64,000 bases of DNA. It comes from Octopus bimaculoides (taxonomy: Eukaryota). Below, piece by piece: positions 23,715 to 36,945 of this stretch (within the stretch, counting starts at the first letter, position 1; each line of letters begins with the position of its first letter). The position numbers and the translations under genes were made by a program. The notes beneath the pieces were generated by a model, which searched no databases, had not been told where the DNA came from, and saw nothing but the letters and a program-made list of their open reading frames with translations. Location: assembly GCF_001194135.2 (NCBI RefSeq), contig NC_069001.1, positions 37,709,802 through 37,773,801 of the forward strand. Reading direction: 5' to 3'.

Positions 23715-25238
23715 TTACTGTTTTATATGAACAGCTCTATGTGTGGATAAGTGACTTCTTTGGGAGAAGGATTTACCACAGATGTTACAGTAGTGTGGCT
23801 TCTCTCCTGTATGAGTGCGTTTGTGCACAGTTAAAGTATCATTTCTAGAAAAGGAATTCCCACATATATCACAAAAATAGGGCTTCTCTCCTGTGTGCAC
23901 ATGTTTGTGTACAGTTAAGTTACTACTGAAAGAGAATGATTTACCACAGATATCACAGTGATATGGCTTCTCTCCTGAATGAGTGTGTTTATGTTTAGTT
24001 AAGGTATCATTCTTAGAGAAGGATTTACCACAGATATCACAGGAATATGGTTTCTCTCCAGTGTGAATACGTTTGTGGGTAATTAACTGACTAGTTACAC
24101 AGAATGATTTGCCACAGATATCACATCGATATGGTTTCTCTCCTGTATGAATACGTTTGTGAGAATTTAAGTCACCACGCTGACAAAATGCCTTTCCACA
24201 CACATCACAGTGATATGGCTTCTCTCCTGTATGAGTGCGTTTGTGAGCTATTAAATCACCAATTGTAGAGAATGATTTACTACAGACATCACAGTGATAT
24301 GGCCTCTCCCCTGTATGAATACGTTTGTGCTTAGTTAAGTCACCATTTTGAGAGAATGATTTACCACAGATATCACACTGATATGGTTTCTCTCCTGTAT
24401 GAATGCGTTTATGTTTAGTTAAGTCCCCATGTTGAGAGAATGATTTTCCACAGACATCACAGTGATATGGTTTCTCTCCTGTATGAACACGTTTGTGATT
24501 AGTTAATTGACAATTTACGGAAAATGATTTACCACAGATATCACAACGATATGGCTTCTCTCCAGTATGGACACGTTTGTGAATATTAATGTTACCACTT
24601 CTAGAGAATGATTTACCACAAATATCACAGTGGTACGGTTTATCTCCAGTATGAATACGTTTGTGAGTAGTTAAGCAACTGCTTGCAGAAAATGCTTTCC
24701 CACAAATATTACAGTGATAGGGTTTCTCCCCTGTATGAATAACTTTATGTTTAGTTACATCACTCTTCTCATAGAATGATTTACCACATATCTCACAGCA
24801 ATATGGTTTCTCTCCTGTATGAATACGTTTATGCTGAGTTAAGTCACCATTTTGAGAGAATAATTTTCCACAGATATCACAGTGATATGGCTTCTCTCCT
24901 GTATGTATGCGTTTGTGATTGATTAAAGAACCTTTTACAGAGAATGATTTACCACAGATGTCACACTGATATGGTTTTTCTCCTGTATGAACTCGTTTGT
25001 GAATTGTTAGGTTATCTCTTCTAGGAAATGATTTACCGCAGACATCACACTGGTATGGTTTCTCTCCAGTATGAATACGTTTGTGAATAGTTAGGTAACA
25101 CTTCTGAGCAAATACCTTCTTACAGAAATCACATTGGTAGAACCCTTTTTCTTTCTTTTTCATTCTATCATCAGGGACACAATTACTTTGAGTGAGAGTT
25201 TCACACTGGCCCTGTTTCTCATCTAATTTAACATCCAT
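23715..25238 (-). CDS. C2H2 zinc-finger protein, 17 fingers
   Basis: ORF of 507 aa; acceptor at 25579. Confidence 0.95.
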   Translation of the reverse strand: MDVKLDEKQGQCETLTQSNCVPDDRMKKKEKGFYQCDFCKKVFAQKCYLTIHKRIHTGEKPYQCDVCGKSFPRRDNLTIHKRVHTGEKPYQCDICGKSFSVKGSLINHKRIHTGEKPYHCDICGKLFSQNGDLTQHKRIHTGEKPYCCEICGKSFYEKSDVTKHKVIHTGEKPYHCNICGKAFSASSCLTTHKRIHTGDKPYHCDICGKSFSRSGNINIHKRVHTGEKPYRCDICGKSFSVNCQLTNHKRVHTGEKPYHCDVCGKSFSQHGDLTKHKRIHTGEKPYQCDICGKSFSQNGDLTKHKRIHTGERPYHCDVCSKSFSTIGDLIAHKRTHTGEKPYHCDVCGKAFCQRGDLNSHKRIHTGEKPYRCDICGKSFCVTSQLITHKRIHTGEKPYSCDICGKSFSKNDTLTKHKHTHSGEKPYHCDICGKSFSFSSNLTVHKHVHTGEKPYFCDICGNSFSRNDTLTVHKRTHTGEKPHYCNICGKSFSQRSHLSTHRAVHIKQ

Positions 25239-25859
25239 TACTTTTCTCTGTCTCTACAATATTCAAATATTTTCCTTCTGTTTATTAATATCTTTTATTC
25301 CTAACAAATAATTCTTCCGCTATATTTCATTCAACTGTAATCTTTGTTGATACTTGAAGATGCTGCATATTCCTTCAGAATCCAACTTTTTATCAGAATA
25401 TAAAATAAGTTTAGACATATTTGAGACGGTGAAGTAGAGAAATTTTGCAAATAATTTCAGTTCAGAGCAAATATTTCCAATCAACTTTATCAAAAAGTCT
25501 TCCTTTGGTTTTTAAAAGATTAAAGACATTGATGGATCCAAAGTAAATAATTCCTTTACACCAGTGTCATCTGATATTCTGAAAGAAAAGAGAAAAGAAA
25601 AAAAGAAAATAGAGAGGATATTTAAGAAGTGGTCATTCAACAGTGGACATTTTACAACATTTCTTCTTTATGGACAAGCTGTAGATATAAGCCTTTATCT
25701 GTCTGCTACCTAACAGATCAGAGCTGTCGCTAACTAACCTTCTTTCCTTCTTTCCTTATGGAAAATGCCGAATTGATGTAAACAAATGCACGTGGACGAC
25801 ATGACAGTCAGCGTACTAGTATCGAATGATCGCCAAAAGTTTTGCTTTACTTTCTTTCT

Positions 25860-26175
25860 TTTATATTAGAATACATCAAAACAAACAGATGTAGTAGGAA
25901 GAAGACACGACCTATACAATGTAGATGATGTTGTTTCTGTTACTAATACTTACATATTAATACAGAGCCGATGAAGAAGATGTCACGATCGATTCAAGTT
26001 GTCACAACTCAGACTGAGCAATGACAGCTTTGACACAACTTCTATATTTTACAACAATCGTCGGCGATGTTTTCGCAGCGGGACATCGAAGTGAGATATA
26101 TAAACCTGAATCAACATTAATGGGGAATGTACAAAAATACACTCGGTAATTATCAACGACCGAAACGAATGAGTA
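25860..26175 (-). promoter_or_regulatory. Conserved module, copy d (donor GT 25953; serves the 23715 gene; intron block shortened)
   Basis: aatacttacatattaatacagagccgatgaagaagatgtcacgatcgattcaag. Confidence 0.72.
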
Positions 26176-26760
26176 AATACTTAAAAGTATGTTATTTATA
26201 ATAATCCATCAAATTTTATCCCTTATCTTTTCAGTCTTTAGATATGTACAGAATGTATAAATTCTATATCTCCAATTCAATTAATTTAGAATTATATTCG
26301 GGTTTTTTTTTTAATATATGAAGTAAAATTTTCAGAATTCCATTATATTTAGCAATGGGCTTTCATATTTTGGGTAAAAGGTTTCGAAATATACCTTTTA
26401 AAACTTTTTCAAAGCTTCTGATTTCACGTAATATCAGGACAGATTAATTTAGTTCTGGGAACTAGTTTAACGCCGGGTACTATTTTACTACGGTACCTAC
26501 TATTTAATGACACCGCTTTAGTTTCATTATTGACACAAATCTTCGGATCAGGGTTTCATCCAAACTCTGGTTATTATTGTTGTCGCGATTATGGGGTAAC
26601 GTGTAGTTTACTATATTTCACATTTAAAATCGTTTTACAGTTAATACTTGAATAAGAGACAACCGCTAAAAAAAAAACTACAGATACATTTCTCACCCCT
26701 TAATTCACTAATTCTTTTATAAATCGTTCACAGTACCCAAGTAGTATTGGCCAATTATTG

Positions 26761-27309
26761 GGCACTATCATGCTATTAGCTGTCAGAAGTGAAAGTGCTC
26801 ACTGCTAGTGAAGTATCTGTCTGTCTGCCTGCATGCCTGTTGCTGGCCTGTCGATTCTTTGGCCACTGACAGCTAATACCATGACTGGCCGGAGCGAGCT
26901 ATATGTCTGTCTCTCTATCTATCTATCTATCTATTACTCGAAAGTTCGCGCGTCCGCGCTAGCTAGTCGTGAGTAGAAAACACAAATTTAATATAAAAAC
27001 ATATTTCCTGAAATTGCAAATTATTTAAAATATAAAAATATAATTTTCAACAGAGAGAATTTATCAAAATAGAAAACAAATGAAGTTTGAAGTTTAAAAA
27101 TAATAGGATCGACCACTCACGACTAGCTAGCGCGGACGCGCGAACTTTCGAGTAATAGATAGAGAGACAGACAGACAGACAGACATATAGCTCGATCTGG
27201 CCAGTCATGGTATTAGCTGTCAGTAGCCAAAGAATCAACAGGCAGACAGACAGATACTTCACTAGCAGTGAGCACTTTCACTTCTGACAGCTAATAGCAT
27301 GATAGTGCC
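26761..27309. mobile_element. Foldback element with ~200-bp TIRs and 8-bp TSD AATTATTG
   Basis: ggcactatcatgctattagctgtcag... / ...ctgacagctaatagcatgatagtgcc; aattattg at 26753-60 and 27310-17. Confidence 0.88.
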
Positions 27310-27334
27310 AATTATTGGTATAAACAAAGGCTTG

Positions 27335-27690
27335 TAAAATGTAGAAGTTGTGTCAAAGCTGTCATTGTCCAGTCCGAGTTGTGACTACTTGAATCTATCG
27401 TGACATCTTCGTCATTGGCTCTATATTAACAAGTAAGTATTCTTGAGAGAAACAACATCTACATTGTATAGGTCGTTTGTTTGGATGTGTTCGAAGATAA
27501 TGGAAAGAAAGCGAAGAAAAAAAGAAATTTTCCTAAAGTAACGATGTTGTTTAATTCCCATGCGGTTGTCTGTTAGTTGAAAAACTTGCTTTAACTGACA
27601 TTACCTATTTTTGTCTTAATATCCTCCCCGTTTTCCTTTCCACTCTGCATTTCAGTTATCTTTATTCCCTCATATCTTAATATCAACACA
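27335..27690 (+). promoter_or_regulatory. Conserved module, copy e (donor GT 27433; serves the 28272 gene)
   Basis: gctgtcattgtccagtccgagttgtgactacttgaatctatcgtgacatcttcgtcattggc...aa|gtaagtatt. Confidence 0.72.
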
Positions 27691-28271
27691 AAAAAAAAAA
27701 CTTTGCAAAAATACTGCAGAGATGATTTAGCTTCTCTGTTACCTTTATATATAAGTCTTGAAACGGGAGAAGATCGTTTGTCAAATTAAGTTTTATCAAT
27801 ATACAGGCTGTCCACAAAGTCTGGGTACATGGGGATTAACACATACTTTAAGAAATTATTATTTCTTATATTTAATTGTTTATGTTATGATTTTATTTAC
27901 TCCATGTACCCAGACCTTGTGGACACCCTGTAGAAGAAATGTAGTAAAATGTCAGTTGAATGCCTACTTTTTAAGTATCCTCTATATTTTCTATTTCTTT
28001 ATTATTTCAGATTATCAAATTACATTGGCATAAAAGAATTATTTACTCAGAGTCGTCAAATCTGTTGTAGTATTACCATGAAATATTTGCTGTGAACTGA
28101 GATTGATTGCAGAATACCATTACTGCTTTGTCAGAAATACATACAAAATAATTTTATTGTCTAATTAAACTCAGATTCGTAGTAAATTTGCAGCATCTTC
28201 AGATACTGACAGAAAATCACAATTGAAGGAAATATAGTGGAAGGAATATTCGTGGTGAAACATGAAAAATT

Positions 28272-29423
28272 ATGGAAACTGAATTCTGTGAGGACAAAGT
28301 TCAAAAGAAAGAGAATGTGATATTACATAAATGTGATATTTGTAAAAAGTCATTCTCTCAGAAAAGCAACCTAACTACTCACAAACGCATACATTCAGGG
28401 GAGAGACCATATCAATGTGATATCTGTGGTAAATCATTTAACAGAAATGATGTTTTAACATCTCACAAATTCATTCACACAGGAGAGAAACCGTTTTACT
28501 GTGATATCTGTGGTAAATCATTTTCTCGAATTGATACTTTATCTTCTCACAAAGTCGTTCATACAGGAGAGAAAGCATATTCCTGTGATATCTGTGGTAA
28601 ATTGTTCTCTCAAAATGGTAGTTTAACTGCACACAGACGTATTCATACAGGAGAAAAACCATTTCATTGTGATATCTGTGGTAAAGCATTCTCTCAAAGT
28701 AGCAGCTTAACTGCACACAGACGTATTCATACAGGAGAAAAACCATATAATTGTGATATCTGTGGTAAATCATTCTCTCAAAATGAGAGTTTAACCACTC
28801 ACAATCGTATTCATATGGGAGAGAAGCCATATCAGTGTGATATCTGTGGTAAATCATTTTCACGTTGTACAACCCTAACTATACACAAACGCCTTCATAC
28901 TGGAGAAAAACCATATCACTGTGATATCTGTGGTAAATCATTCTCTGAAAATGGTCACCTAAGTAATCACAAACGTATTCATACAGGGGAAAAGCCATAT
29001 CACTGTGATATCTGTGGTAAATCTTTCTCTCAGAATGGTGACTTAACTAAACATGTACGTATTCATACTGGAGAGAAACCATATCACTGTGATATCTGTG
29101 GTAAATCATTCTCTAAAAATGATAACCTAACTTCTCATAAACGTATTCATACTGGGGAAAAACCATATCACTGTGATATCTGTGGTAAATCATTCTCTGG
29201 AAATAGTACCTTGATTACTCACAAACGCATTCATACAGGAGAGAAACCATATCACTGTGATATCTGTGGTAAGTCATTCTCTGAAAGTGGTACCTTATTT
29301 ACTCATAAACATATTCATACAAGAGAAAAGAAATATCATTGTGATATCTGCAGTGAATCATTCTCTGAAATTGGTGCCATATCAAAGCACAAATGTATAA
29401 GCAGTGGTGCTATCTTATTGTGA
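28272..29423 (+). CDS. C2H2 zinc-finger protein, 12 fingers plus 1 degenerate
   Basis: ORF of 383 aa; shortened leader; acceptor at 28010. Confidence 0.94.
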   Translation: METEFCEDKVQKKENVILHKCDICKKSFSQKSNLTTHKRIHSGERPYQCDICGKSFNRNDVLTSHKFIHTGEKPFYCDICGKSFSRIDTLSSHKVVHTGEKAYSCDICGKLFSQNGSLTAHRRIHTGEKPFHCDICGKAFSQSSSLTAHRRIHTGEKPYNCDICGKSFSQNESLTTHNRIHMGEKPYQCDICGKSFSRCTTLTIHKRLHTGEKPYHCDICGKSFSENGHLSNHKRIHTGEKPYHCDICGKSFSQNGDLTKHVRIHTGEKPYHCDICGKSFSKNDNLTSHKRIHTGEKPYHCDICGKSFSGNSTLITHKRIHTGEKPYHCDICGKSFSESGTLFTHKHIHTREKKYHCDICSESFSEIGAISKHKCISSGAILL

Positions 29424-30227
29424 TTTCTGTAGCAATTGTCTAAAAAAAGGTGGCCTTAAATTTACACAGGTGTATTCATACAGGTGAGAAACCATTTTCA
29501 CTGATTTTTATAGTAATTCTCTTGAAAAGGTACCTTAACTAAACATTTACATATCCATACACAGATCAGATTGGAGCCTGGTGCAGCTGCTGGCTCTCCA
29601 GACCTCAGTCAAACCATCCAATCCATGCCAGCATCGAGAACAGACGTTAAACGATGATGATGATGAATTGTAATTGCATCAATATCCATATTTTGATAAC
29701 ATGGCTAATACAGTGCAGTTTATTTATTTTTGTTAATAATTTTTTTTCCCTTCGTATAACTAGTAATTATGTTATGAATATTGATACATTTTCATGGAGT
29801 AATTTAGTAATTTTATTAAATGTTCAGCAAGTGTAGGAAAGATTCAATAATTAAGAAACATCAATATTGATAATTTTCACATGCATTTGGTGTAGTTCAC
29901 AAATTAGTTTATTTCTGAAAAAACAATTTCTCTGGATGATAAATTGCACAGCATATATGACCAAATCATTAATTACGGACATGTTTCTAAGCATGATGCA
30001 AGGTTATTGACAATGGAGTTGTTGAAACAATTGTAAACTATGAAATAAAAATAATGCTGCTAACTTCAGTTTTTAATTTTTATTTATACTCTGCAACGGA
30101 AAAGTGGTTTGTGGATTTTGTTTATTGGGAACAACAGTTTATAAGGAATATCTCCATTACAATTTTCCGATAGCCACTGCCCATGGAAGTGCTTCTCAAT
30201 GTAAACTTCTGGATTGTTTGATCACCG

Positions 30228-30700
30228 TCATTATCATTTAATGTCTGCTTTCTATACATGGGTTGCACAGTTTGATGAGATGCAGTCGCTTCCACTCATC
30301 TGTTTTAGCAAGGTCTTTTGGCTGGATGCCTTTCCTGAAGCCAACCACTACAAAGCGTACTGGCTGCTTTCGTATGTGGTACTGACATGAGTGATGTCTT
30401 ATGTGCACTTCTTCATGTGGCATTAGCATGGGTCTGGAACAAGGACTTTTTTGCATGGCACCAGCAACTGTGGGTTTGCCAGAGGAGATATTTGGCTACT
30501 CCAGTAGGGCAAGGAAGCTGGTGGCACGTAAAAAGCACCCACTACATTCTTGGAGTAGTTGGCGTTAGGAAGGACATCCAGCTGTAGAAACCTTGCCAGA
30601 TCAGACTGAAGCCTGGTTCAGCCTCTGGCTCGCCAGTCCTCAGTCAAACCGTCCAACCCATGCCAGCATGGAAAGCGGACATTAAACGATGATGATGATG
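30228..30700. mobile_element. Two RTE 3'-UTR copies in opposite orientation
   Basis: Inverted tail at 30228 and direct copy ending aaacgatgatgatgatg at 30700. Confidence 0.65.
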
Positions 30701-31489
30701 CGCTTCTCGTAATTTCTCGTATGTATGTGTGTGTATAGGATAAGAAGAAACTGGAGAGATCGATAGTTTAAATATCAATTGATTAACATAATGTCAATTT
30801 CAAATTGTCCTATAATTGTTTCCATATTCAATTCATTCAAATTACAAATAATAAATCAAAGATGCATTTTGAATATTGTGAGTTGAATATTTCATCAGAG
30901 TGAGAAATCGGCACAAACAAGAGTTTGAGTTTAGCAATGATCACACGATCGATTATGATGTGATCCTTTTGTGTGTGTGTTTGTGTGAGACAGAGAGGGG
31001 GGGGGGGAGAAATCGAATAATAAACGACAGAAGCAAGTATGGAAGGACAGCAGTAGCAAAATACGCTACACGCAATATAACGTGATGTACTTCGATGGAA
31101 ATCTGACTGCTATTTCTAGCAACTCGAGTGATCACTGGAACATTTACAAAGGTTTCGTCTTTCAACACCACCAAACACCTAAAGCGTCTCTCACCCCTAA
31201 TCACAATCATTAGTGTGGTTAAAGAACTTGTTTTCATATAATGATAATAATGAATTTGTGTTGCAAGATTCCCGAAACAGATATTCTATTTCAGGACGGT
31301 CAATTTTTTTTTAACCAAATAAACACACACACTATATATTCGTCCTTCACTCGCTTATTACTGTTCTTATTTTAACTCATGTCCATTGTCCATAATAATA
31401 ACTTATCTCATCAAAATGAAATGTGAAAGATATACCAATGCGAGGGAAGTTCTTTTTGTTTTGTTTTTTACAGCGATGAAAAATGCACC

Positions 31490-31980
31490 TCCCTCACTTT
31501 GGTGCGTCTTAATTATACACCGAAGACGTTGGTTGATAGATGATTGCTAATTAACCGAGGAAAGAAATAGCTACAACATTCTTTATTATGTCGATGTGAA
31601 AAATCTAAATGAAGGTTTGTTGTAAAATATAGAAGTTGTGTTGAAGCTGTCCTTGTCCAGTCTGACTCGTGACAACTTGAATCGATCGTGACATCTTCGT
31701 CATTGGCTCTGTATTAATATGTAAGTATTATTAATAGGAATAACATCTACATTGTATAAGTTGTGTCATTTTTCTACTACATCTGTTTGTTTTGATGTGT
31801 TCAAAGATTATGGAAAGAAAGGTTACTGTTTCCAAAAGAAATTATCCTAAAGTAACGTTGGTTTCTTAATCCGCGTACGGGTTGGTTGTCACATATGTAA
31901 TAGAAGTGAGTTGATAAACTTGCTTTAGCCGACAATATCTATTGTCTTGATACTTTCACTGTTTTCCTTTACTTTCGGAA
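31490..31980 (+). promoter_or_regulatory. Conserved module, copy f (donor GT 31721; serves the 33494 gene)
   Basis: Near-identical to copy g at 37790-38330. Confidence 0.75.
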
Positions 31981-33493
31981 GAGAGACGAAGAGGAATAAA
32001 AGAAATTGAAATGTTAAAAAAGAAAAAAAAAATTGTGGTAGAATATAATCTCCGATATTTCAAACGTGGATCCGAAAAATTTATTTGTAAAAAGATTTAA
32101 AATTGAAAAGTTACGGAAGGAAGGGATGTGACCCAAATTTTGAAAGGTCGGGGGGGGGGGGGATAAAACTACGATGTTTCAAATGAATGTCAGAAGTAAT
32201 TTTTGAAAACTGCTTGTATGAGGCCTTATAGAATCAGTCCCCTTCTCTTCCTCTACCTGTCCCCTCTGCCTACTTTACTACTTATTTCTCTGTCATTAGT
32301 AGTCCTACTTCATTCATCTCACTTCTTGCACACATCTCCAGACTTCTGCTTTGGCATTTTTGCAATTTCCCCCATTCATAGCAGCAGTTCTTAAGTTTCT
32401 GGCTTGAAGTGGAGCAGATGGGTAGCTCATGGCCTCTTTCCTTCACCTTAAATAAAGACGATTTTTGTGATTATTTATTGGCCGACAGTGGTCTCTTACA
32501 GATGTCCTGATGTTTCTATGTAATGTATTACCATTAGCATCAAACAGTGAACCCAGTGGCCAGGTACAGCTGGGGAGAGCAAAGCATATAAAACATGGTT
32601 ACCCAGGAGGGAGAGAGAGAGAGAGAGAGAGATCAAAAATGAGAATGAGTGTGAGAGTGCAAGAGAGAGTGAGAGAGAAATAGTGGAGAATGTGCCAGGG
32701 CACATCTGCAAGGTGCAGGGATGAGAATATAAATGGGATGGTAGAGTATTGCCAAGGATGCATGAGTTGGGAGTAGAGGGTTCACATGAATGCGAAGAGG
32801 TGAAGGAATGCAGGAGTAGGGTGGGGGAACAACAGTATAGCAATGAAACAGTGGGCAGGGCAGCAAGGACAGGATTGGGATGTAGGGGAGGGAGAGATAA
32901 GCATAAGCATAGTGCAGGAAAAAGAGGAAGAGAAGGAATGTTGTTTGGTTTGTTGGGATAAGGGTGTGTGACAAAAATTTTCACACACAAAAATTTTAGA
33001 ACCCAGTTTTGCTCAAGAGGTTGGTTCTATAAATGTTTTGTCTTGGAAAGGGGTTCATGTGTTGGGTGAATTTCAAGTATAGTTTTTTGATGTAGAAGAA
33101 ATGCAGTAAAATGTCTGCTTTTGAACGATTCTCTATATTGTTTCTCTTTTATTTCAGAATATCTTATGTCATGTGGAAGGTAGAATTCTTCAGTACAGAT
33201 GCATCAATATTTATCCTCTTTTAAAGAAAAAAAGAAAAGATGTCATAGAACAGATATAAACCTTGTTTATATAAATGTGTGGTGGAATTACTTTGAAATA
33301 TCTCTACTTCACTGTCTCGAATATGTACAAGATAATTTTATATTGTAATTAAACTTGGATCGGGAATGGGTTTGCAGCATTTTCAAATGTCTACAACTTT
33401 CACAGCAGAAGAAATATTTGTAAGGAATGAAATATAAAAACAAAATATAACAGAATAGAACATCTGTGTGTTGTGGTGAGAGACAAAAACATT

Positions 33494-35230
33494 ATGGAAA
33501 CTGAATGGAACTGTGAAACACGGATTAATAAGATGAACTTTCCTGACGATGTAAGCAAAGAGAAAGGGGAAACATTATTCTACTGTGATGTCTGTAAAAA
33601 GTCATTCCCTCACAAATGTATTCATAAAGGAGAGAAAGCATACCATTGTGATATTTGTGGTAAATCATTTTCTAGTCGTAGTAACTTAACAAGACACAAA
33701 GTCATTCATACAGGAGAGAAGCCATACCACTGTGAAGTCTGTGGTAAATCATTCTATCAAAATGGTGGATTAACTTCTCACAAACGCATTCATACAGGGG
33801 AGAAGCCATATCACTGTGATATCTGTGGTAAAATGTTCTCTCAAAATTGTGAATTAACCTCTCACAAATATATTCATACTGGTGCAAAGCCATTCCAATG
33901 TGATGTCTGTGATAAATCATTTTCTCTAAGGAGTCATTTAACATTTCATAATCGTATTCATACAGGGGAGAAACCATATCACTGCGAAATTTGTGGTAGA
34001 TCATTCTTTGGAAGTGGTAACTTAACTAAACATAAACGTATTCACACAGGAGAGAAACCATATCAGTGTGATATTTGTGGTGAATCATTCTCTCATGGGA
34101 ATAGTTTAATTGCACACAAATACATTCATACCGGAGAGAAGCCACATCACTGTGATATTTGTGGTAAATCTTTCTCTCAAAGTAGCCACTTAAAAACTCA
34201 CAAATACATTCATACTGGAGAGAAGCCATATCTCTGTGATATCTGTGGTAAATCTTTTTCAAGAAGTGCTGGATTAACTTCTCATGTACGTATTCATACA
34301 GGAGAGAAGCCATATCACTGTGAGATATGTGGTAAGTCATTCTCTAATGGAAGTGGAGAGTTAACTAAACACAAACGTATTCATACAGGAGAGAGGCCAT
34401 ATCACTGTGATATCTGTGGCAAATCATTCTCTCAATCAAGTCACTTAACTACTCACAAATATATTCACACAGGAGAGAGGCCTTATCATTGTGATGTCTG
34501 TGATAAATCTTTCTCTGGAAGTAGTTACTTGACTCCACACAAACGTATTCATACAGGAGAGAAGCCATATCACTGTGATATTTGTGGTAAATCATTCTCT
34601 CAAAGTTGTGAATTAACTCTTCACAAATATATTCATACAGGTGAAAAGCCATTCCAGTGTGATATCTGTAATAAATCATTCTCACTAAGGACATCTTTAA
34701 AATCACATAATCGTATTCATACAGGAGAGAGGCCATATCACTGTGACATCTGTGGTAAATCATTCTGTGGAAGTGGGGACTTAACTAAACATATACGTAT
34801 TCATACAGGAGAGAGGCCATATCACTGTGATATCTGTGATGAATCTTTCACTCATGGGAATAGTTTAATTGCACACAAATACATTCATACTGGGGTGAAG
34901 CCATATCATTGTGATATTTGTGGTAAATCATTCTCTCGAAGTAACCACTTAAAAACTCACAAATATACTCATACAGGAGAGAAGCCATATCGCTGTGATA
35001 TTTGTGGTAAATCTTTTTCAGGAAGTGCTGGATTAATTTCTCACAAACGTATTCATACAGGAGAGAAGCCATATCAGTGTGATATCTGTGGCAAATCATT
35101 CTCTGATGGAATTGGTGCTGTAACTAAACACAAACGTATTCATACAGGAGAGAGGCCATATCACTGTGATATCTGTGGTAAATCATTCATCCAAAAATCT
35201 CACTTAACTAAACATGTATGTATTCAATGA
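33494..35230 (+). CDS. C2H2 zinc-finger protein, 20 finger units (first internally deleted, last lacking its terminal His)
   Basis: The ORF track starts at GTG 33473; the paralog-homologous ATG is at 33494. Acceptor at 33157. Confidence 0.93.
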   Translation: METEWNCETRINKMNFPDDVSKEKGETLFYCDVCKKSFPHKCIHKGEKAYHCDICGKSFSSRSNLTRHKVIHTGEKPYHCEVCGKSFYQNGGLTSHKRIHTGEKPYHCDICGKMFSQNCELTSHKYIHTGAKPFQCDVCDKSFSLRSHLTFHNRIHTGEKPYHCEICGRSFFGSGNLTKHKRIHTGEKPYQCDICGESFSHGNSLIAHKYIHTGEKPHHCDICGKSFSQSSHLKTHKYIHTGEKPYLCDICGKSFSRSAGLTSHVRIHTGEKPYHCEICGKSFSNGSGELTKHKRIHTGERPYHCDICGKSFSQSSHLTTHKYIHTGERPYHCDVCDKSFSGSSYLTPHKRIHTGEKPYHCDICGKSFSQSCELTLHKYIHTGEKPFQCDICNKSFSLRTSLKSHNRIHTGERPYHCDICGKSFCGSGDLTKHIRIHTGERPYHCDICDESFTHGNSLIAHKYIHTGVKPYHCDICGKSFSRSNHLKTHKYTHTGEKPYRCDICGKSFSGSAGLISHKRIHTGEKPYQCDICGKSFSDGIGAVTKHKRIHTGERPYHCDICGKSFIQKSHLTKHVCIQ

Positions 35231-36399
35231 TAGTATGAATATGGCAGTCAGAGCTACTTCATTTTATGCTTCATCACACGAATTCACATAAAAAATCTTG
35301 CAAACCACATGCAAAGTGAAATTTATTAGTTAATATTGCTCTATTTGCCACAACTATTAAAATTATATTTAAAACAAGTATCTGAGCTAAACATAAATAT
35401 ATACACACTGGAAAGAAGATAACAACTTGGCAACACTATATTTTTGTATAACTACATCTCTGTTTTGGTGAGGTAACTTACTACTGTCATATTATTAATA
35501 AAAGTATTTTAAAAAATATACATATGTTCTGTCTCACTTATTTCCAGAAAGGAGAAAATATGCATTTGACATTTTGGGTAAATAATTGAGAAATGTATTT
35601 TCATAAATTATGTTAGAATTATAGGGTAAAGATGCCTTTTGGTCATGAATCTTCATGAGATTGCACCTAGAAAGTTCCCCTCCGAGGCTCAAGTCCAGCC
35701 AAGGTTGTTTATGGAAGACCAGCAGTTGCCCATGTATACCAGCTTCTCCCTCTCCACATCATTGATGTCATCCAAGGGAGAGGCAAAGGGGCCGATACAA
35801 CTTGGCACCTGTGACGTCGCAACTCATTTCTACAGCTGAGTGAACTGGAGCAACGTGAAATAAAGTGTCTTGCTCAAGAAAGCAACGCGTCCCTGTTTGG
35901 TAATTGAACTCATTACCTCATGATTGAGAGCCTGATGCTCTAAACACTGAGCCGTATGAGAGTTATGTCAGAAATATGTATTCTCATAAATCACTGTGGT
36001 TATGTTAGAATTCAATATACAAGGTTAAAAAAGAAACCATCATTATACCAAATATTACGATCACTTTACATCTGGCTTCCATGTTGGCTTGTGCTGGATA
36101 GGTTGTCATAATCCAAGATATTTCGTGTTCAGAATTATTCCATTCCTCTGTGGGTGGAGAGCACATCTTGTTCAATTGCTCCCAGTTCTGGTGTGATTCC
36201 TATGGTTAAATTCCTTTCTTAACACCAGCAACAATGAGATTACCTTCTTTCCTACCAAGATTAAAAACTCCTTGCTTTTCTATGCCATTTCCATTCAATT
36301 CGAGGCAATGTGACAAAAGGAGAGTATGATAGGAGAAATAGAGAGAAACAGTAAGAGGGAGTGATGGAGGAGAGAGTATGATGGGAGATATAATGAGAG

Positions 36400-36945
36400 A
36401 GAAATATCTAAATAGGGGTCAATTTGTTCTATGAAACCCTTCAAAGCAGTGCCCCAGCATGGCCATGGTCTAATGACTGGAGTAAAATAAAGAATATTGT
36501 TTGTTTTTTGTTTTATGTTGTAAATAAGTTCCAAAAAAATTGCTAAAGATAAAAAAAAAAGTTAGTTTTATACTGTTTTGTATCAGTAACGAAAAGAATA
36601 CCCTATTCCTTCACTTATTTCAGTCATTTGAATGTGGCCATGCTGAAGCACCGCATTTAGTTGAGCAAATCGACCCCAGGGCTTATTACTTGTAAGCCTA
36701 GTACTTATTCTATCAATCTCTTAGGCCAAACCGCTAAGTTACAGGGATGTAAACAAACCAACATCGGTTGTCAAGCGATTGGGGGAGGGACAAACACACA
36801 CACACACATGTATATATACAATGGGCTTCTTTCAGTTTCCGTCTACCAAATTCACTCACAAGGCTTTGGTTGGCCCGTCATGCAGTGGGACTGAACCCGG
36901 AACCATCTGATTCGTAAGCAAGCTACCTACCACACAGCTACTCAT
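36400..36945 (-). mobile_element. Cluster of nested or adjacent SINEs
   Basis: atcgaccccagg...agtacttattctatc...accgctaagttac followed by a second SINE head. Confidence 0.6.

Noticed and set aside
31790-31950. C/D or H/ACA snoRNA within the conserved intron block
   Set aside because: Only imperfect box C (ttgatgt) and scattered ctga/aca motifs are present, with no terminal stem seen; it cannot be called without covariance analysis.
32180-32990. Overlapping ORFs of 60-164 aa (also at 37099-37547 and 38490-38757)
   Set aside because: Low-complexity GA/CA microsatellite-rich DNA with no recognisable domains.
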